This document shows, one piece after another, positions 11,826 through 22,342 of a stretch of DNA of 64,000 nucleotides (positions are counted from its first letter, which is position 1; every line of letters begins with the position of its first letter). Below the pieces are notes generated by a model, which saw only the letters and a list, made by a program, of their open reading frames with translations, was not told where the DNA came from and did no database searches. The DNA is taken from contig CAWHFW010000005.1 in assembly GCA_963828735.1 (NCBI GenBank), positions 2,624,001-2,688,000 of the forward strand. The letters run 5' to 3'. Position numbers and translations under genes: made by a program. The stretch is from an uncultured Gemmatimonadales bacterium (GTDB taxonomy: Bacteria; Gemmatimonadota; Gemmatimonadetes; Gemmatimonadales; GWC2-71-9).

Positions 11826-12479
11826 TCAGGTCGTTGCCTTCCCGAGCGTCTTCTGCAGCTCCTCCCCGCGATCGAGATGCTTCTGGATCACTGGCTTGGC
11901 CTTCTCGATCAGGCTCTTGAGCTCGCCGTTCTCGGTGTCCCCGTGGGCCTTGTCAGCCAGGTCGAGAACCGCCTTGTGAATGGTCACTTCCTGGTCTATG
12001 TAGGCGCGGTCAAAGGCAGCTCCAGTGCCCGCGGCTTGAAGCGCCGCCATCTCTGCCGAGCCGGCCGCCTGCACCGGATCGTTCGCCGGAAGCTCGGGCT
12101 TGATGGAGAGCTTCTTGGCCAGGGCCTCGCCCTGCACCCGCAGGGCGTGGTGCTCTCCCATCATCATCTTGGCGAAGGACTTGACGCCCGGGCTGGTCGC
12201 CTTGCCGGAGGCGAACTTCCCGGCCGCGCTGTCGGCCTTATTGGCCTCGTCAAGCAGCGCGACGATGTTGGCGTCGCTCAGCTTCGTGTTGGTGCTCGCG
12301 GCGGCGGTGTCGGCGGGTGCCGCCATACCGGCCGTGGTGCTGTCGGCGCTCGGCGGCGTCTCGACCCGGGCGCTTTCGGCGCCGTTCGTCTTGGACTTGC
12401 ATGCGCCGGCGGCGAGCGCGCCGAGCCATGCGGCTCCGATCATGGTGAGGCGCGCATCGCGCGCCAGATTGATACGCAT
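11826..12479 (-). CDS. DUF4142-family lipoprotein
   Basis: Lipobox LAAGAC; LSDANI..VKSFAKMMMGEH..FDRAYIDQEV..H pattern; AGGAGG RBS. Confidence 0.8.
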   Translation of the reverse strand: MRINLARDARLTMIGAAWLGALAAGACKSKTNGAESARVETPPSADSTTAGMAAPADTAAASTNTKLSDANIVALLDEANKADSAAGKFASGKATSPGVKSFAKMMMGEHHALRVQGEALAKKLSIKPELPANDPVQAAGSAEMAALQAAGTGAAFDRAYIDQEVTIHKAVLDLADKAHGDTENGELKSLIEKAKPVIQKHLDRGEELQKTLGKATT

Positions 12480-12654
12480 AGGTCCTCCTTCTGGTCCATC
12501 AATCCTATGCGGCGTGCAGAGCCGGGAGTGTGACTCTGGTCACGGGACGACGGCTCCCGGCGTGGTCGCGGCCGAGGTGGCTACTGACGCAGGGCCATCC
12601 CCTAGCCCAGCCGCGGCCTCCCCCCCATCTTCCCGTACCTTAACCAGCCAACCC

Positions 12655-15342
12655 ATGCCCGAACTGCTCGGCCGGCTCCAATCCGCCCTGGCGGACCGCT
12701 ATCGCTTGGACCGTGAGATCGGCGCCGGCGGCATGGCGACCGTCTATCTGGCCCAGGACGTCCGCCACGATCGCCGTGTGGCGCTCAAGGTGCTGCGCCC
12801 CGAGCTCGCCGCCGTGATCGGCGCCGAGCGCTTCCTGGCCGAGATCAAGCTCACCGCCAATCTCCAGCACCCGCACATCCTCCCGCTCTTCGACTCTGGT
12901 GAGGCCGACGGCTACCTGTTCTACGTCATGCCGTTCATCGACGGCGAGTCGCTGCGCGACCGGCTCAACCGCGAGAAGCAGCTCCCCGTCCCCGACGCGG
13001 TGCGGATCGCCAGCGAGGTGGCTTCGGCGCTCGACTATGCCCACCGGCAGGGCGTGGTCCACCGGGACATCAAGCCCGAGAACATCCTGCTGCACGACGG
13101 CCGGGCCCTCGTGGCGGACTTCGGCATCGCGCTCGCGGCGAGCAAGGCGAGCGGCGCGCGCATGACCGAGACCGGCATGAGCCTCGGCACGCCGCACTAC
13201 ATGAGCCCCGAGCAGGCGATGGGCGAGCGGGACATCACGGCCCGCTCGGACATCTACGCGCTGGGCGCGGTGCTGTACGAGATGCTCACCGCCGAGCCCC
13301 CATTCACCGGGGCCACGGCTCAGGCGGTGGTGGCGCGCGTCGTGACCGAGAGTCCGCGCCCGCTCGTTCCGCAGCGCCACACGATTCCTCGCCACGTGGA
13401 GGCCGCGGCGCTCACCGCACTCGAGAAGCTCCCGGCCGACCGGTTCGCCACGGCCGCCGAGTTCGCCGACGCGCTCAAGGACAAGAGCTACGCGTCCACC
13501 GTGTCGCTCGACGCCGCCCCCGCTGCTCGGCTCGGTGCCGCCCGCCGCCGGCCCCCGGCGGTCGTGCTGGCGCTGAGCGCCGCGCTCGCCGTGGCCACGG
13601 CCGCGGCGCTGTGGGGCTGGCTCCGCCCGAAGCCCGCCGAGCCGGTGACCCAGTTCGGCGTCGCGCTCCGCTCCAATCAGGTGCTGCAGCCCCCCAATCC
13701 CTCGGGCGGGTCGCGGATCGCCCTGTCGCGGGATGGGCGCTCCCTGGTGTACCTCGGACCGGGCGACGGCGGCGCCCAGCTCTGGCTCCGGCGCCTCGAC
13801 CAGCTCGATGCGACGCCGATCGCGGGCACCCTGGGCGCATCGAACCCCTTCTTCTCGCCCGATGGCCAGCGCATCGGGTTCCTGAAGGAAGGGACCATTG
13901 TCCGCATCGCGTCGCTCTCGGGTGCGCCGACGGTGACGCTGAGCGACAAGGTCAACTCCACGTCGGGCGACTGGGGCGACGACGGCTACGTCTACTTCGA
14001 GGTGGATTCGGGCCTCGGCCGGATGCGGGCGTCGGGCGGGAGCATCGAGCCCGTCTACACGATCTCCCCCCAGCGGAAGGAGATCGCCACCGAGTGGGTG
14101 CACGTCCTGCCGGGCGCGAAAGGGGTGCTCTTCCGGCTGCGGCATTCCGGGCAGGGGCCAGCGGACTTCGAGATCATGGCGATGTCCCTGCCACACGGCA
14201 CGCCGCACACGCTCACCCGGGGTCTCTTCGCGCGCTACGCCCCGACCGGGCATCTGCTCGTGATCACGGCCGATGGCAAGCTCATCGCGATCCCGTTCGA
14301 TCTACGGAAGCTCGAGCTGACCGGCCCGCCGGTCGCGCTCGTCGAAGGCATCGGGGTGAGATCCAACGGGTTCAACATCGACTTCGCGCTCGCCTCGAAT
14401 GGCACGGTGGCCTACACCACCGGCGGCACGCTCGGTTCCCGGAGGGTGGTGTGGGTGAGTCGGGAGGGCGGCATCTCGCCGGTCGACAACGCCTGGGACC
14501 CGCAGGGCGTGATCGAATCGGCCTACCTGTCTCCCGACGGGAAGTCGGTGGCGGTGGGCCTGCAACGGGACGGCCGGCGCGACATCTGGGTCAAACGGCT
14601 GCCGGACGGCCCGTTCTCCCGAATCACCTTCGGCGACACCTCCAGCGTGCGCCCGGCGTGGTCGCCCGACAGCCGGGACGTCATGTACATCACCGATCGG
14701 GCCGGCGGCGGCGCGGGATCGACCTATATCCATCGGGCGGATGGCACCGGCGTCCCTCGCCTGCTGCTGCGGACCGAGCAGGACTTCGGCCAGCTCTTTC
14801 CGACGCGCGACGGTCGCTGGTTGCTCTTCCGCACGGCCGCCACCGGCGGAGGGAACGGCGACATCATGGGGCTCAGGGCCGGCGACACGACGCTCGTCCC
14901 TCTGGTTGCCACGCCCTCGGCCGAGCTGTTCCCCGCCGTCTCGCCGGACGGCCGCTGGCTGGCGTACAGCTCGAACGAGTCAGGCTCGGGGGAGGTGTAC
15001 GTCCGCCCGTTCCCCGAGACCGGGTCGGCCAAGTGGCAGGTTTCCACCGCCGGCGGAGGGGAGCCGACCTGGTCCCCGAGCGGCCGCGAGCTGTTCTACG
15101 TAAACGGCAAGGCCGAGATGGTCTCGGCGGAGATCACGCCGGGCGCCGCGTTCGGCGTCGGGCGGCAGCGAACCATGTTCTCCGTCAGCCAGCTGTATCG
15201 GCCGGGTCCGATTCCCATGTACTCCCTGACCCCGGATGGCCAGCGATTCCTGATGGTGCGGGAGGGGGAGGCCTCGCAGCAGAGCGAGCTGGTGGTGGCG
15301 GAGAACTGGCTGCAGCAGCTGAAAGCGACGGCGGGGAAGTAG
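12655..15342 (+). CDS. Transmembrane Ser/Thr kinase with C-terminal PD40/TolB-like beta-propeller
   Basis: Complete kinase motifs, TM segment VVLALSAALAVATAAALWGWL, repeated SPDG/WSPD propeller blades. Confidence 0.9.
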   Translation: MPELLGRLQSALADRYRLDREIGAGGMATVYLAQDVRHDRRVALKVLRPELAAVIGAERFLAEIKLTANLQHPHILPLFDSGEADGYLFYVMPFIDGESLRDRLNREKQLPVPDAVRIASEVASALDYAHRQGVVHRDIKPENILLHDGRALVADFGIALAASKASGARMTETGMSLGTPHYMSPEQAMGERDITARSDIYALGAVLYEMLTAEPPFTGATAQAVVARVVTESPRPLVPQRHTIPRHVEAAALTALEKLPADRFATAAEFADALKDKSYASTVSLDAAPAARLGAARRRPPAVVLALSAALAVATAAALWGWLRPKPAEPVTQFGVALRSNQVLQPPNPSGGSRIALSRDGRSLVYLGPGDGGAQLWLRRLDQLDATPIAGTLGASNPFFSPDGQRIGFLKEGTIVRIASLSGAPTVTLSDKVNSTSGDWGDDGYVYFEVDSGLGRMRASGGSIEPVYTISPQRKEIATEWVHVLPGAKGVLFRLRHSGQGPADFEIMAMSLPHGTPHTLTRGLFARYAPTGHLLVITADGKLIAIPFDLRKLELTGPPVALVEGIGVRSNGFNIDFALASNGTVAYTTGGTLGSRRVVWVSREGGISPVDNAWDPQGVIESAYLSPDGKSVAVGLQRDGRRDIWVKRLPDGPFSRITFGDTSSVRPAWSPDSRDVMYITDRAGGGAGSTYIHRADGTGVPRLLLRTEQDFGQLFPTRDGRWLLFRTAATGGGNGDIMGLRAGDTTLVPLVATPSAELFPAVSPDGRWLAYSSNESGSGEVYVRPFPETGSAKWQVSTAGGGEPTWSPSGRELFYVNGKAEMVSAEITPGAAFGVGRQRTMFSVSQLYRPGPIPMYSLTPDGQRFLMVREGEASQQSELVVAENWLQQLKATAGK

Positions 15343-15355
15343 CTGGGGCTTCGGG

Positions 15356-16939
15356 TCAGCGCTTCGAGTCGGGAAGGCGCGGCAGAACCTTTCCGTCGCC
15401 CAGATCCAGCGCGGCGACCTTTCCCTCCGCGTCGAGACGAAAGATCACCATCGAGGTGCCGAGCCACCGGTTCCGATAGCGTGCGCGAAAGCTGTCGTAA
15501 CTCCAGTGTTCGAGATCGGCCGTGAGAAAGGAGGTTTGGGCCAGCACGAGCCGGCCATTCTCCAGCCGAACTGCAGCCGACCCATACAGGCTGTCGGCGT
15601 AGGTCCCCGTATACTTGTCGAGCGCCAGCGAAGGCTTCGTTCCACCCACGCGCTTCCGCTCGATTTCCTTCTTCGCCACGTCGACCGAATCCTGCAGCCG
15701 CTGGTACAGCGCGTGCATGTCCGCATTCCAATCCCGCGCCGGCCCGCCGAGATACGCATCGAACGCGCGGTACATGAGCGCGTGGCGCAGCTCCGCGTGG
15801 TCCCGGTTGGCGAGCACCACGATGCCGAGCCGGCGCGCCGGGATGAGGCCCACGATGGCCACCAGCCCGTCGATGCTGCCGGTGTGGAAGGCCACCTTCT
15901 CGCCGCGGTAATCCTCCAGGAACCAGCCCAGACCGTATGCGGTGAAGTTCGGCTTCGTGAGGCGGACCGCCGGGTAGATCTCGTCGAGCTTGACCAGCAC
16001 CTGCGGCTTCATCAACTCCGCGAACGCCGTGTCGCTCACGAGCCGCTTTCCCGCGACCCGCCCGCTGTCGAGCAGGAAGCGCATCCACTTCGTCATGTCC
16101 AGCACGCTCGCGTACATCGAGCCGGCCGGCGCGATCGGGTCGGCGAGCTGCTGCGAGGAGGCGGGCAGCGCACGGAGGGTGTCGTCGATGCGGGCGTGCG
16201 GGCGCGTGACATTGGGCCGGGCGCGGAGCTCGGGCCCGTCCATCACGGTCTCCGTCATGCCGAGTGGCTTGAGGATCCGGGTGCGGACCAGGTCCTCCCA
16301 CGAGCTCCGGTTGGCCGTTCCCGCGGCGAGCCCCGCGACCGCATAGCCGATGTTGTTGTAGGCGAATCGAGACCGGAGACTGCTCTCGGGAGCAAGGAAG
16401 CGCAGCCGGTGGATCATCTCGGCGAGGGTCAGGTCGCTCCCGTACCACAGGTACTCCGGGTCGGCGAACCCGATCACATGGGTCAGCAGGTCGCGGAGCC
16501 GCACCTCGCGGGTAGCGTAGGGATCGTGGAGCACGAACCCCGCCAGCACGGTCGCGACCGGGTCGTCCCACCGGAGCTTGCCCGCGTCCACCATGAGCGC
16601 CACCGACAAGGCGGTGAATGCCTTGGTCGTGGAGCCAAGGGCGAACAGCGTATGCGCGTCCACCGAGTCGCGCGTGCCGGTGGTGCGCACGCCGTACCCG
16701 CGCGCGAACACCACCGAGTCGTCCTTCACGACGGCCACGGCCATGCCCGGGACGTCCCACTCGCTCAGGGCCCGGGAGGCGTAGCCGTCGAATCCCGCGA
16801 GCGGCGTCTTGATGTCTGGGGGCGTCTGCGCGCCGGCCGGACACAGCGCACCGGAGAATGCCAGAGCGGCGACGGTGCGGAGGCAGACCACCGCCGGGCG
16901 AAAAGCCCGCGCGGAGGCCCGCCGTTGGGGTGAGGTCAC
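15356..16939 (-). CDS. Secreted serine hydrolase, beta-lactamase/PBP fold, with DUF3471-like C-terminus
   Basis: SxxK (STTK), YxN (YNN), HTG; directly downstream of susD. GTG start inferred. Confidence 0.88.
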   Translation of the reverse strand: MTSPQRRASARAFRPAVVCLRTVAALAFSGALCPAGAQTPPDIKTPLAGFDGYASRALSEWDVPGMAVAVVKDDSVVFARGYGVRTTGTRDSVDAHTLFALGSTTKAFTALSVALMVDAGKLRWDDPVATVLAGFVLHDPYATREVRLRDLLTHVIGFADPEYLWYGSDLTLAEMIHRLRFLAPESSLRSRFAYNNIGYAVAGLAAGTANRSSWEDLVRTRILKPLGMTETVMDGPELRARPNVTRPHARIDDTLRALPASSQQLADPIAPAGSMYASVLDMTKWMRFLLDSGRVAGKRLVSDTAFAELMKPQVLVKLDEIYPAVRLTKPNFTAYGLGWFLEDYRGEKVAFHTGSIDGLVAIVGLIPARRLGIVVLANRDHAELRHALMYRAFDAYLGGPARDWNADMHALYQRLQDSVDVAKKEIERKRVGGTKPSLALDKYTGTYADSLYGSAAVRLENGRLVLAQTSFLTADLEHWSYDSFRARYRNRWLGTSMVIFRLDAEGKVAALDLGDGKVLPRLPDSKR

Positions 16940-16940
16940 T

Positions 16941-18248
16941 TCAATCCGGGATGTTCGGGTTGTTGCTCGACTCGACGGTGGGCAACGGGAAGCACACCTG
17001 CGCGCCGAACGTGCCCGAGACGGCATCGCCCGCCTGGAACGGCGTCCCCGTCGCGGGGAAGAGCGGCAGTCCGTAGTGGATGATGTCGCCCAGGCGCTGA
17101 CCCTCGAGGAAGAATTCGCGGCGCCGCTCCTCGATGATCTGGGCTTGCACTTCCTCGGGCGTCCCGCCGGCGAAGGCCGGAATGCCGGCGTTGGCGTGCA
17201 GGGTGTTGATGATCCCCACGGCCCCGCCCGCATCGCCGGCAGCCACGTCCGCCTCGGCCACGATGAGCTGCGCTTCCTCCCAGCGGCCCACCGGGATGGG
17301 GGACTCGAACGCCGGGTACTTGGCCGGCAGGAAAATCGGCGTGACGTTGTCGGCGCCTGGCGTGCCGGCGTCGACCACGCTGACTCGAGGGTCGGGTACG
17401 CCCTCGAAGGTGACGTCGCGGAACGGGACGTCGACCGTGGCCTCGAGGAGTTGGCTCAGGACGTTGTACACGACGTTCTGGCGGGTCGGCTTTGCGTTGG
17501 AGTACGTGGCGTCCACTCGGAAGCCCACGGGGACCTGGACCGCATCCGCGGCCGCGGCCGGCAGGTTGCCGAGGTCACGTCGATCCCGCGCGCGCCCGAG
17601 GAGGGCAAGACTCAGGGTCTCGTCGTCGCCGGCCGCCGTGGCGGCGTCGATCGCCCTGGTGAACCTGGCATCCGCCTCGGCCAGGATCTGGGCGGGCGTC
17701 AGCTCGGGACCCACGTCGAGCGCCGCGGAGCACATCCCTTCGCCGAGAAGCACGAGGCTGTACCCGGCGTAGGTGGCGGCTGTGGCGATCAGGCCGATGC
17801 GACCGGGGACCTGCTCGTCGGTCCAGCCGTCGAGCAGCCCGAGGGCGTGGTCCCCGTCGTAGCGGGCCACCGACAGGACGGTGTAGACCGTCGGATCGTC
17901 GCCGCAGATCTGCGTGGAGTAGACGCTGTTCGTCGGGAGAATCGTGCGCCGGTCGTAGTCCCACAGCCGGTTGATCAGGTTCGCGTTGGCCAGCTCGTCG
18001 CCGACCAGCCCGCCCGCCACCACGTAGTTGGCCAGCGCGCACTCGAAGTCGCCCACTCCGCTCCGGACCAGGAGGGCCGCGTTCTCCGGCTTCTCCAGGT
18101 CCTCGGCGCCGATCTGGCTCGGCGCGTCCTGGCTGAGCGAGGTGAGGTCGCTGCAGGCGGCGAGTGCCACCGCCAGCACGCCCACGAGGAGCGCGATCGC
18201 GGCGACGTGGACCCGGCGGCCGTTCCGGGGTGCAGATCTCTGCCTCAT
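16941..18248 (-). CDS. susD: RagB/SusD-family outer-membrane lipoprotein
   Basis: Lipobox LAAC; EAQLIVAEA, INTLH, IEERRREFFLEGQRLGD; follows susC. Confidence 0.88.
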   Translation of the reverse strand: MRQRSAPRNGRRVHVAAIALLVGVLAVALAACSDLTSLSQDAPSQIGAEDLEKPENAALLVRSGVGDFECALANYVVAGGLVGDELANANLINRLWDYDRRTILPTNSVYSTQICGDDPTVYTVLSVARYDGDHALGLLDGWTDEQVPGRIGLIATAATYAGYSLVLLGEGMCSAALDVGPELTPAQILAEADARFTRAIDAATAAGDDETLSLALLGRARDRRDLGNLPAAAADAVQVPVGFRVDATYSNAKPTRQNVVYNVLSQLLEATVDVPFRDVTFEGVPDPRVSVVDAGTPGADNVTPIFLPAKYPAFESPIPVGRWEEAQLIVAEADVAAGDAGGAVGIINTLHANAGIPAFAGGTPEEVQAQIIEERRREFFLEGQRLGDIIHYGLPLFPATGTPFQAGDAVSGTFGAQVCFPLPTVESSNNPNIPD

Positions 18249-18283
18249 GAGGTCATCCTCTCGTCGTGTCGGTCGCGGGTCGG

Positions 18284-21244
18284 TTAGAAGCCGAGGCTGA
18301 TGGTCGTCACGAACTGCGCCAGCGTGGGCGTGACCGCCTGGTCGAAGAAGTCCAGACGCGTCACGGTCGGGTTCGGCTGGGCGCTCTGGCTTTCGGGGTC
18401 GAGACCCGTGTACTTCGTCCAGGTGTGCAGGTTGCGCCCGCTCAGCGTGATGGTGGCGTGCCGCGCGCCGATCGCTCCCGCCCACTTGTCGGGGAGCGTG
18501 TAGCTCGCGGAGATCTCGCGCAGCTTGAAGAAGCTGGCGTCCTCGATGAACGTGTTGACCGTCTGCAGGTCGGCGCCGAAGGTGTAGTCGGCCAGCACCT
18601 TGGGATCCACGCCCTGGGGGCTCACGTTCTCCAGGCACTCGGCGAACACGGCGCACCGGATCCAGCTGTCCGTCTCGAACCGGTGGTGGCCCCGCTTGAA
18701 GTCCACCAGGCCGTACAGCCGCAGGTTCTTGAACAGGCGGAGCGTGGTGCTGAAGGCCCCCACGACCTTGGGGATGGGCGTGCCGGCGAACACCAGCGGC
18801 GCCGTGGCGCAGTCGACCGCGGCGTTGCCCGGCCCGCCGTCGCACAGGGCGCTGGTGACGGCGCCGCTCGGGTCCACCTCCGCGCTCACCACCCGCTTGA
18901 TGAAGTAGCCGGCGATCGGGTAGCCCTCGACGTTGCTCTGCAGCGGGAGCCCGAGCGGGATGCTCGAGATGCCACCCAGGTCCTTGATGTAGTTCGAGGC
19001 GGTGGCCACGCTCGCGCCGAGCTCCCAGCTCACGTCGCGGCCGGCGATCGCCAGGGCGTTCACCTGCAGCTCGATGCCCTTGTTGCTGACCTGGCCGATG
19101 TTGACGTACTGCTGGCCGGGGAAGCCGCCCGACGGCGGGGTGCTCCGGAGCAGGATGGCGTCCTTGGTCTGCTTGTTGTAGACGGTGAAGTCGATGCCGA
19201 CGCGGTTGAAGAGCCCCGCCTCGAAGCCCATCTCGAGCTCCTCGCCGCGCTCGGGCTTGAGGTCGGGATTGCCGACGGCCAGCGGCGTCACGGCCGGCTC
19301 GTCGTTCGGCCCTGTGCTCGGCCCGTAGGTCCTGAGGGCGGCGAACGCCTGGGGCTGGACGCCTGAGGCGCCATACGCCATCCGCAGTTTGAGCGCGTTG
19401 ACGAAGTCGAGCCCCCAGAACGACTCCTCGCTCACGACCCACGTGCCGCTCACCTTGGGGTAGCTGGCGAAGTCGAAGTTGTCGCCGAAGGCGCTGTTGT
19501 TGTCGACCCGGACCGCGCCGGTCAGGAAGAGGCGGTCCCTGTACCCGAACTGCTGCTGAGCATACAGGCCGATCGTCTTGTTGTTGATGAAGTCCTGGCT
19601 GCCGAAGGTGGTCGCGGTGGAGATGCCGGTCTGGACGCCGGGTGCGGGAAACTGCTGTCCCTGCACGCCGAGTGTGTCGATCCGCCGCTCGTAGTACTGG
19701 CCGCCGATGGAGGTGGCGGAGCTGAAGCTGGGAGACAGAGCGAAGCGCCCGGTGGCGCTATAGTCCGCTGTGTAGAGCGTTTGGTCGCGGCGGTTGAGCG
19801 TGAGGGCGCCGCGGGCGCTCACGGGGTCGAAGAATTGCGCGACGTCGGGCGGCATGAACTCGGTCAGCGCCTGGTTGTCCTCGCCGGTCTGATCGAGGCC
19901 GAGGATCAACCGGTGGCTGAACCACTGCCACGGGCGGTGATTCAGGGTGACGCTGCCGGTGAAGTGCGAGATGTCCTGGGTATTGTCGAACACGCCCGAG
20001 TAGTACGCTTCCGGCGGCGCCATGAGGAAGCCGCGGGTCGGGGTGCCCTGGAGCGCGGGCAAGCCGAACAGGGTGTTGAAGAAGACGCCGTCCGCGTAGT
20101 CGGCGCCGAGGTGGGTCTTCCCCTTCACATAGTTGAGGCTGGTGCTGACGTCGAGGCGTTCGTTGATCGGAAACACCAGGTTGGCGTGCCCGGCGAACCG
20201 CTTCAGGCCGTTGATGGGCTCGATCCCGTCCTCGTCGTCGTAGGTGCCCGAGAGGTAGTACTGAATGGCGCTGGCGCCGCCGCTGGCCGAGAAGTTGTAG
20301 CTCTGGTTGTGCCCGTTCTTCCAGATGGGCGTGCCGCGGTCGGTCTCCTGCTGCGCCAGGTTCTGGGACACGATCGCGCCCGTGGTGGCGTCCAGGCCGT
20401 AGTTGGTCGGAATCCGACCCTCGGGGTCCTGGAACCAGTTGGTGCCCTGCTTGACGCTGATGTTGATCTCGGGCTTGGCGCCGCGCTGACCTCGCTTGGT
20501 GATGACCTGGATGACGCCGTTCGAGGCCTCGGTGCCGTAGAGGGTCGCCGCCGCAGGGCCCTTGATGATCTCGATGCTCTGGATGTCCTCGGGGGCGATG
20601 TCGTTGAGCCGGGAGACTACCGACCCGCCCGCGGCGCCGGAGGGGCCGGTCAGGGCGTCGTTGTTGACCCGCACCCCGTCGATGTAGAGCAGCGGCTGGC
20701 TGTTGAGCGAGAGCGAGCTCAAGCCGCGCACCGTAATAGTTGGGCCGGCGCCCGGGCGGCCCGAGTTGGGCAGGACGGTCACGCCCGGCGCTCGGCCGTT
20801 GATGAGCTTGGTGACGTCGCCCGCGCCGGAGAGCTCGAGCGCGGCGGGTACGTCGATGGTGGCGATCGAGTTGCCGACAGCGCGTCGCTCGGTCCCCTCG
20901 GGCTGGCCGGTCACCACGATCTCGTCCAGCTGGACGGTGGTCTCGTGGAGGCCGACGCTGAGCTTGGTCGTCGGGCCGGCGACGGCGATGATCGCGGGCT
21001 GGTAGCCGATCCGGGCGACCCGAAGCGTCGCAGGGAAGACGGGTACGCCGGCGAACCGGAAGTGGCCGTACGCGTCGGTGGTCTGCACCAGCGGCGTGCC
21101 GTCGACGGTCACGCGCGCGCCCTCGAGGGCGTCCCCGGTGGTAGCTTGGACGACCGTCCCGGCGACGGTGGAGTCCTGGGCCTGGGCGACGCTCGTCGCG
21201 AGGGCGAGGGCGGCGAGCAGAAGGGCCAACCGAGCCTGGGTCAT
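18284..21244 (-). CDS. susC: SusC/RagA-family TonB-dependent transporter
   Basis: Signal peptide, LDEIVVTG, plug motif DIQSIEIIKGPAAATLYGTEASNGVIQVITK, GNPDLKPE, C-terminal Phe. Confidence 0.92.
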   Translation of the reverse strand: MTQARLALLLAALALATSVAQAQDSTVAGTVVQATTGDALEGARVTVDGTPLVQTTDAYGHFRFAGVPVFPATLRVARIGYQPAIIAVAGPTTKLSVGLHETTVQLDEIVVTGQPEGTERRAVGNSIATIDVPAALELSGAGDVTKLINGRAPGVTVLPNSGRPGAGPTITVRGLSSLSLNSQPLLYIDGVRVNNDALTGPSGAAGGSVVSRLNDIAPEDIQSIEIIKGPAAATLYGTEASNGVIQVITKRGQRGAKPEINISVKQGTNWFQDPEGRIPTNYGLDATTGAIVSQNLAQQETDRGTPIWKNGHNQSYNFSASGGASAIQYYLSGTYDDEDGIEPINGLKRFAGHANLVFPINERLDVSTSLNYVKGKTHLGADYADGVFFNTLFGLPALQGTPTRGFLMAPPEAYYSGVFDNTQDISHFTGSVTLNHRPWQWFSHRLILGLDQTGEDNQALTEFMPPDVAQFFDPVSARGALTLNRRDQTLYTADYSATGRFALSPSFSSATSIGGQYYERRIDTLGVQGQQFPAPGVQTGISTATTFGSQDFINNKTIGLYAQQQFGYRDRLFLTGAVRVDNNSAFGDNFDFASYPKVSGTWVVSEESFWGLDFVNALKLRMAYGASGVQPQAFAALRTYGPSTGPNDEPAVTPLAVGNPDLKPERGEELEMGFEAGLFNRVGIDFTVYNKQTKDAILLRSTPPSGGFPGQQYVNIGQVSNKGIELQVNALAIAGRDVSWELGASVATASNYIKDLGGISSIPLGLPLQSNVEGYPIAGYFIKRVVSAEVDPSGAVTSALCDGGPGNAAVDCATAPLVFAGTPIPKVVGAFSTTLRLFKNLRLYGLVDFKRGHHRFETDSWIRCAVFAECLENVSPQGVDPKVLADYTFGADLQTVNTFIEDASFFKLREISASYTLPDKWAGAIGARHATITLSGRNLHTWTKYTGLDPESQSAQPNPTVTRLDFFDQAVTPTLAQFVTTISLGF

Positions 21245-21320
21245 GCTCTGTCTCCGGAGGGGAGTGGGGTGCGGGGCTGCTTGCGCCGGGGAGGCCGGGA
21301 ACGCTATGTTCTCACGGCCA

Positions 21321-21342
21321 TTGTATACAGTTTCACATACAA
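21321..21342. promoter_or_regulatory. Putative GntR operator (tandem boxes) between susC and gntR
   Basis: TTGTATACAG (21321) plus TCACATACAA (21333) in an AT-rich divergent intergenic region. Confidence 0.65.
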
Positions 21343-21473
21343 CAATGAGCGGCGGGACGCAAATGCGCAAGACGGGCTCGCCTCGACAACCGCCTATCGC
21401 CGTCGCTATCGTTGGGCGGCCGGCCCCGAAACCTCGCTCATCCGCTCCAGTCCCTCTTGCTCGGGAGGCCCCG

Positions 21474-22214
21474 GTGAAGGCCCGCGCCGCCGCTCCCCGC
21501 TCTCCCGCTGCCCGCGCGCCGACCATCCTCCGCGGCGAGCGGCCGCTCGTGGTCTACGAGCAGCTCCGCGACCTCATCGTGCACGGTCATCTGGCGCCCG
21601 GGAGCCGCATCGTCGAGAGCGACGTCGCGACCCGGCTGGGCGTGAGCCGGACCCCCGTGCGCGGCGCGCTCCAGCGGCTGCAACAGGAGGGGTACATCGT
21701 GGACCCGTCGGGCGGGCGCCTGGCACGGCCGACGGTGGCACCGCTCACCAGCGAGGACGCGCGGGAGCTGTTCCACATCGTGGCCGAGATCGAGGGATTG
21801 GCCGGCCGCTGGTCCGCGGGGCTCGCAGTGGGCGCGCGGCGCGCGCTCGCCCGGTCGCTCCGCGCCATCAACGCCGATTTCCGCCGCGAAGCCGACGTTC
21901 GCCGGCCGGACTTCAACCGGCTGCACGACCTGGACAGCACCTTCCACCGCACCTATGTGGAGGCCGGCGCCGGCCGCCGGCTGCTGGCCCTGCATACCAC
22001 CATCAAGCCGCAGGCGGAGCGGTACGAGCGGATCTACCTCAGCCTGCTGGTGAGCGACCTCGACACCTCGGCCTCCGAGCACGAGGCGATCGCGGCGGCC
22101 ATCGAGCGGGGCAACGCCGATGCGGCCCAGCACTCCGTCCAGACCAACTGGCGCAACGCCGCCCAGCGCCTCGAGCGGGTGATCGATCGGGCCGGCGAGC
22201 GGGGGAGCTGGTAG
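21474..22214 (+). CDS. GntR-family transcriptional regulator (HTH plus FCD)
   Basis: VYEQLRDLIVHG..ESDVATRLGVSRTPVRGAL HTH; FH..EHEAI FCD. GTG start after GGGAGG; alternative ATGs at 21345 and 21363. Confidence 0.9.
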   Translation: MKARAAAPRSPAARAPTILRGERPLVVYEQLRDLIVHGHLAPGSRIVESDVATRLGVSRTPVRGALQRLQQEGYIVDPSGGRLARPTVAPLTSEDARELFHIVAEIEGLAGRWSAGLAVGARRALARSLRAINADFRREADVRRPDFNRLHDLDSTFHRTYVEAGAGRRLLALHTTIKPQAERYERIYLSLLVSDLDTSASEHEAIAAAIERGNADAAQHSVQTNWRNAAQRLERVIDRAGERGSW

Positions 22215-22342
22215 CGCTTCACGGCGGCGAGGCTCCGAAACGCATCGTATGTCCGGCAATCCGGATGAAAGAACGTGCTCGCTCCGGCCACCCCCCACCA
22301 CCACGCGAGCGAACGCAGGACAAGACTCCCTGGGAGGACCAC

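Noticed and set aside
19781..22342. 1524-aa ORF 19781-24355 and other long alternative-frame ORFs (e.g. 625-3372 and upstream extensions of 16941, 39744 and 12100)
   Set aside because: Stop-poor shadow frames typical of high-GC DNA; they overlap well-supported genes and lack family motifs. Starts were reassigned using RBS, signal peptides and overlaps.
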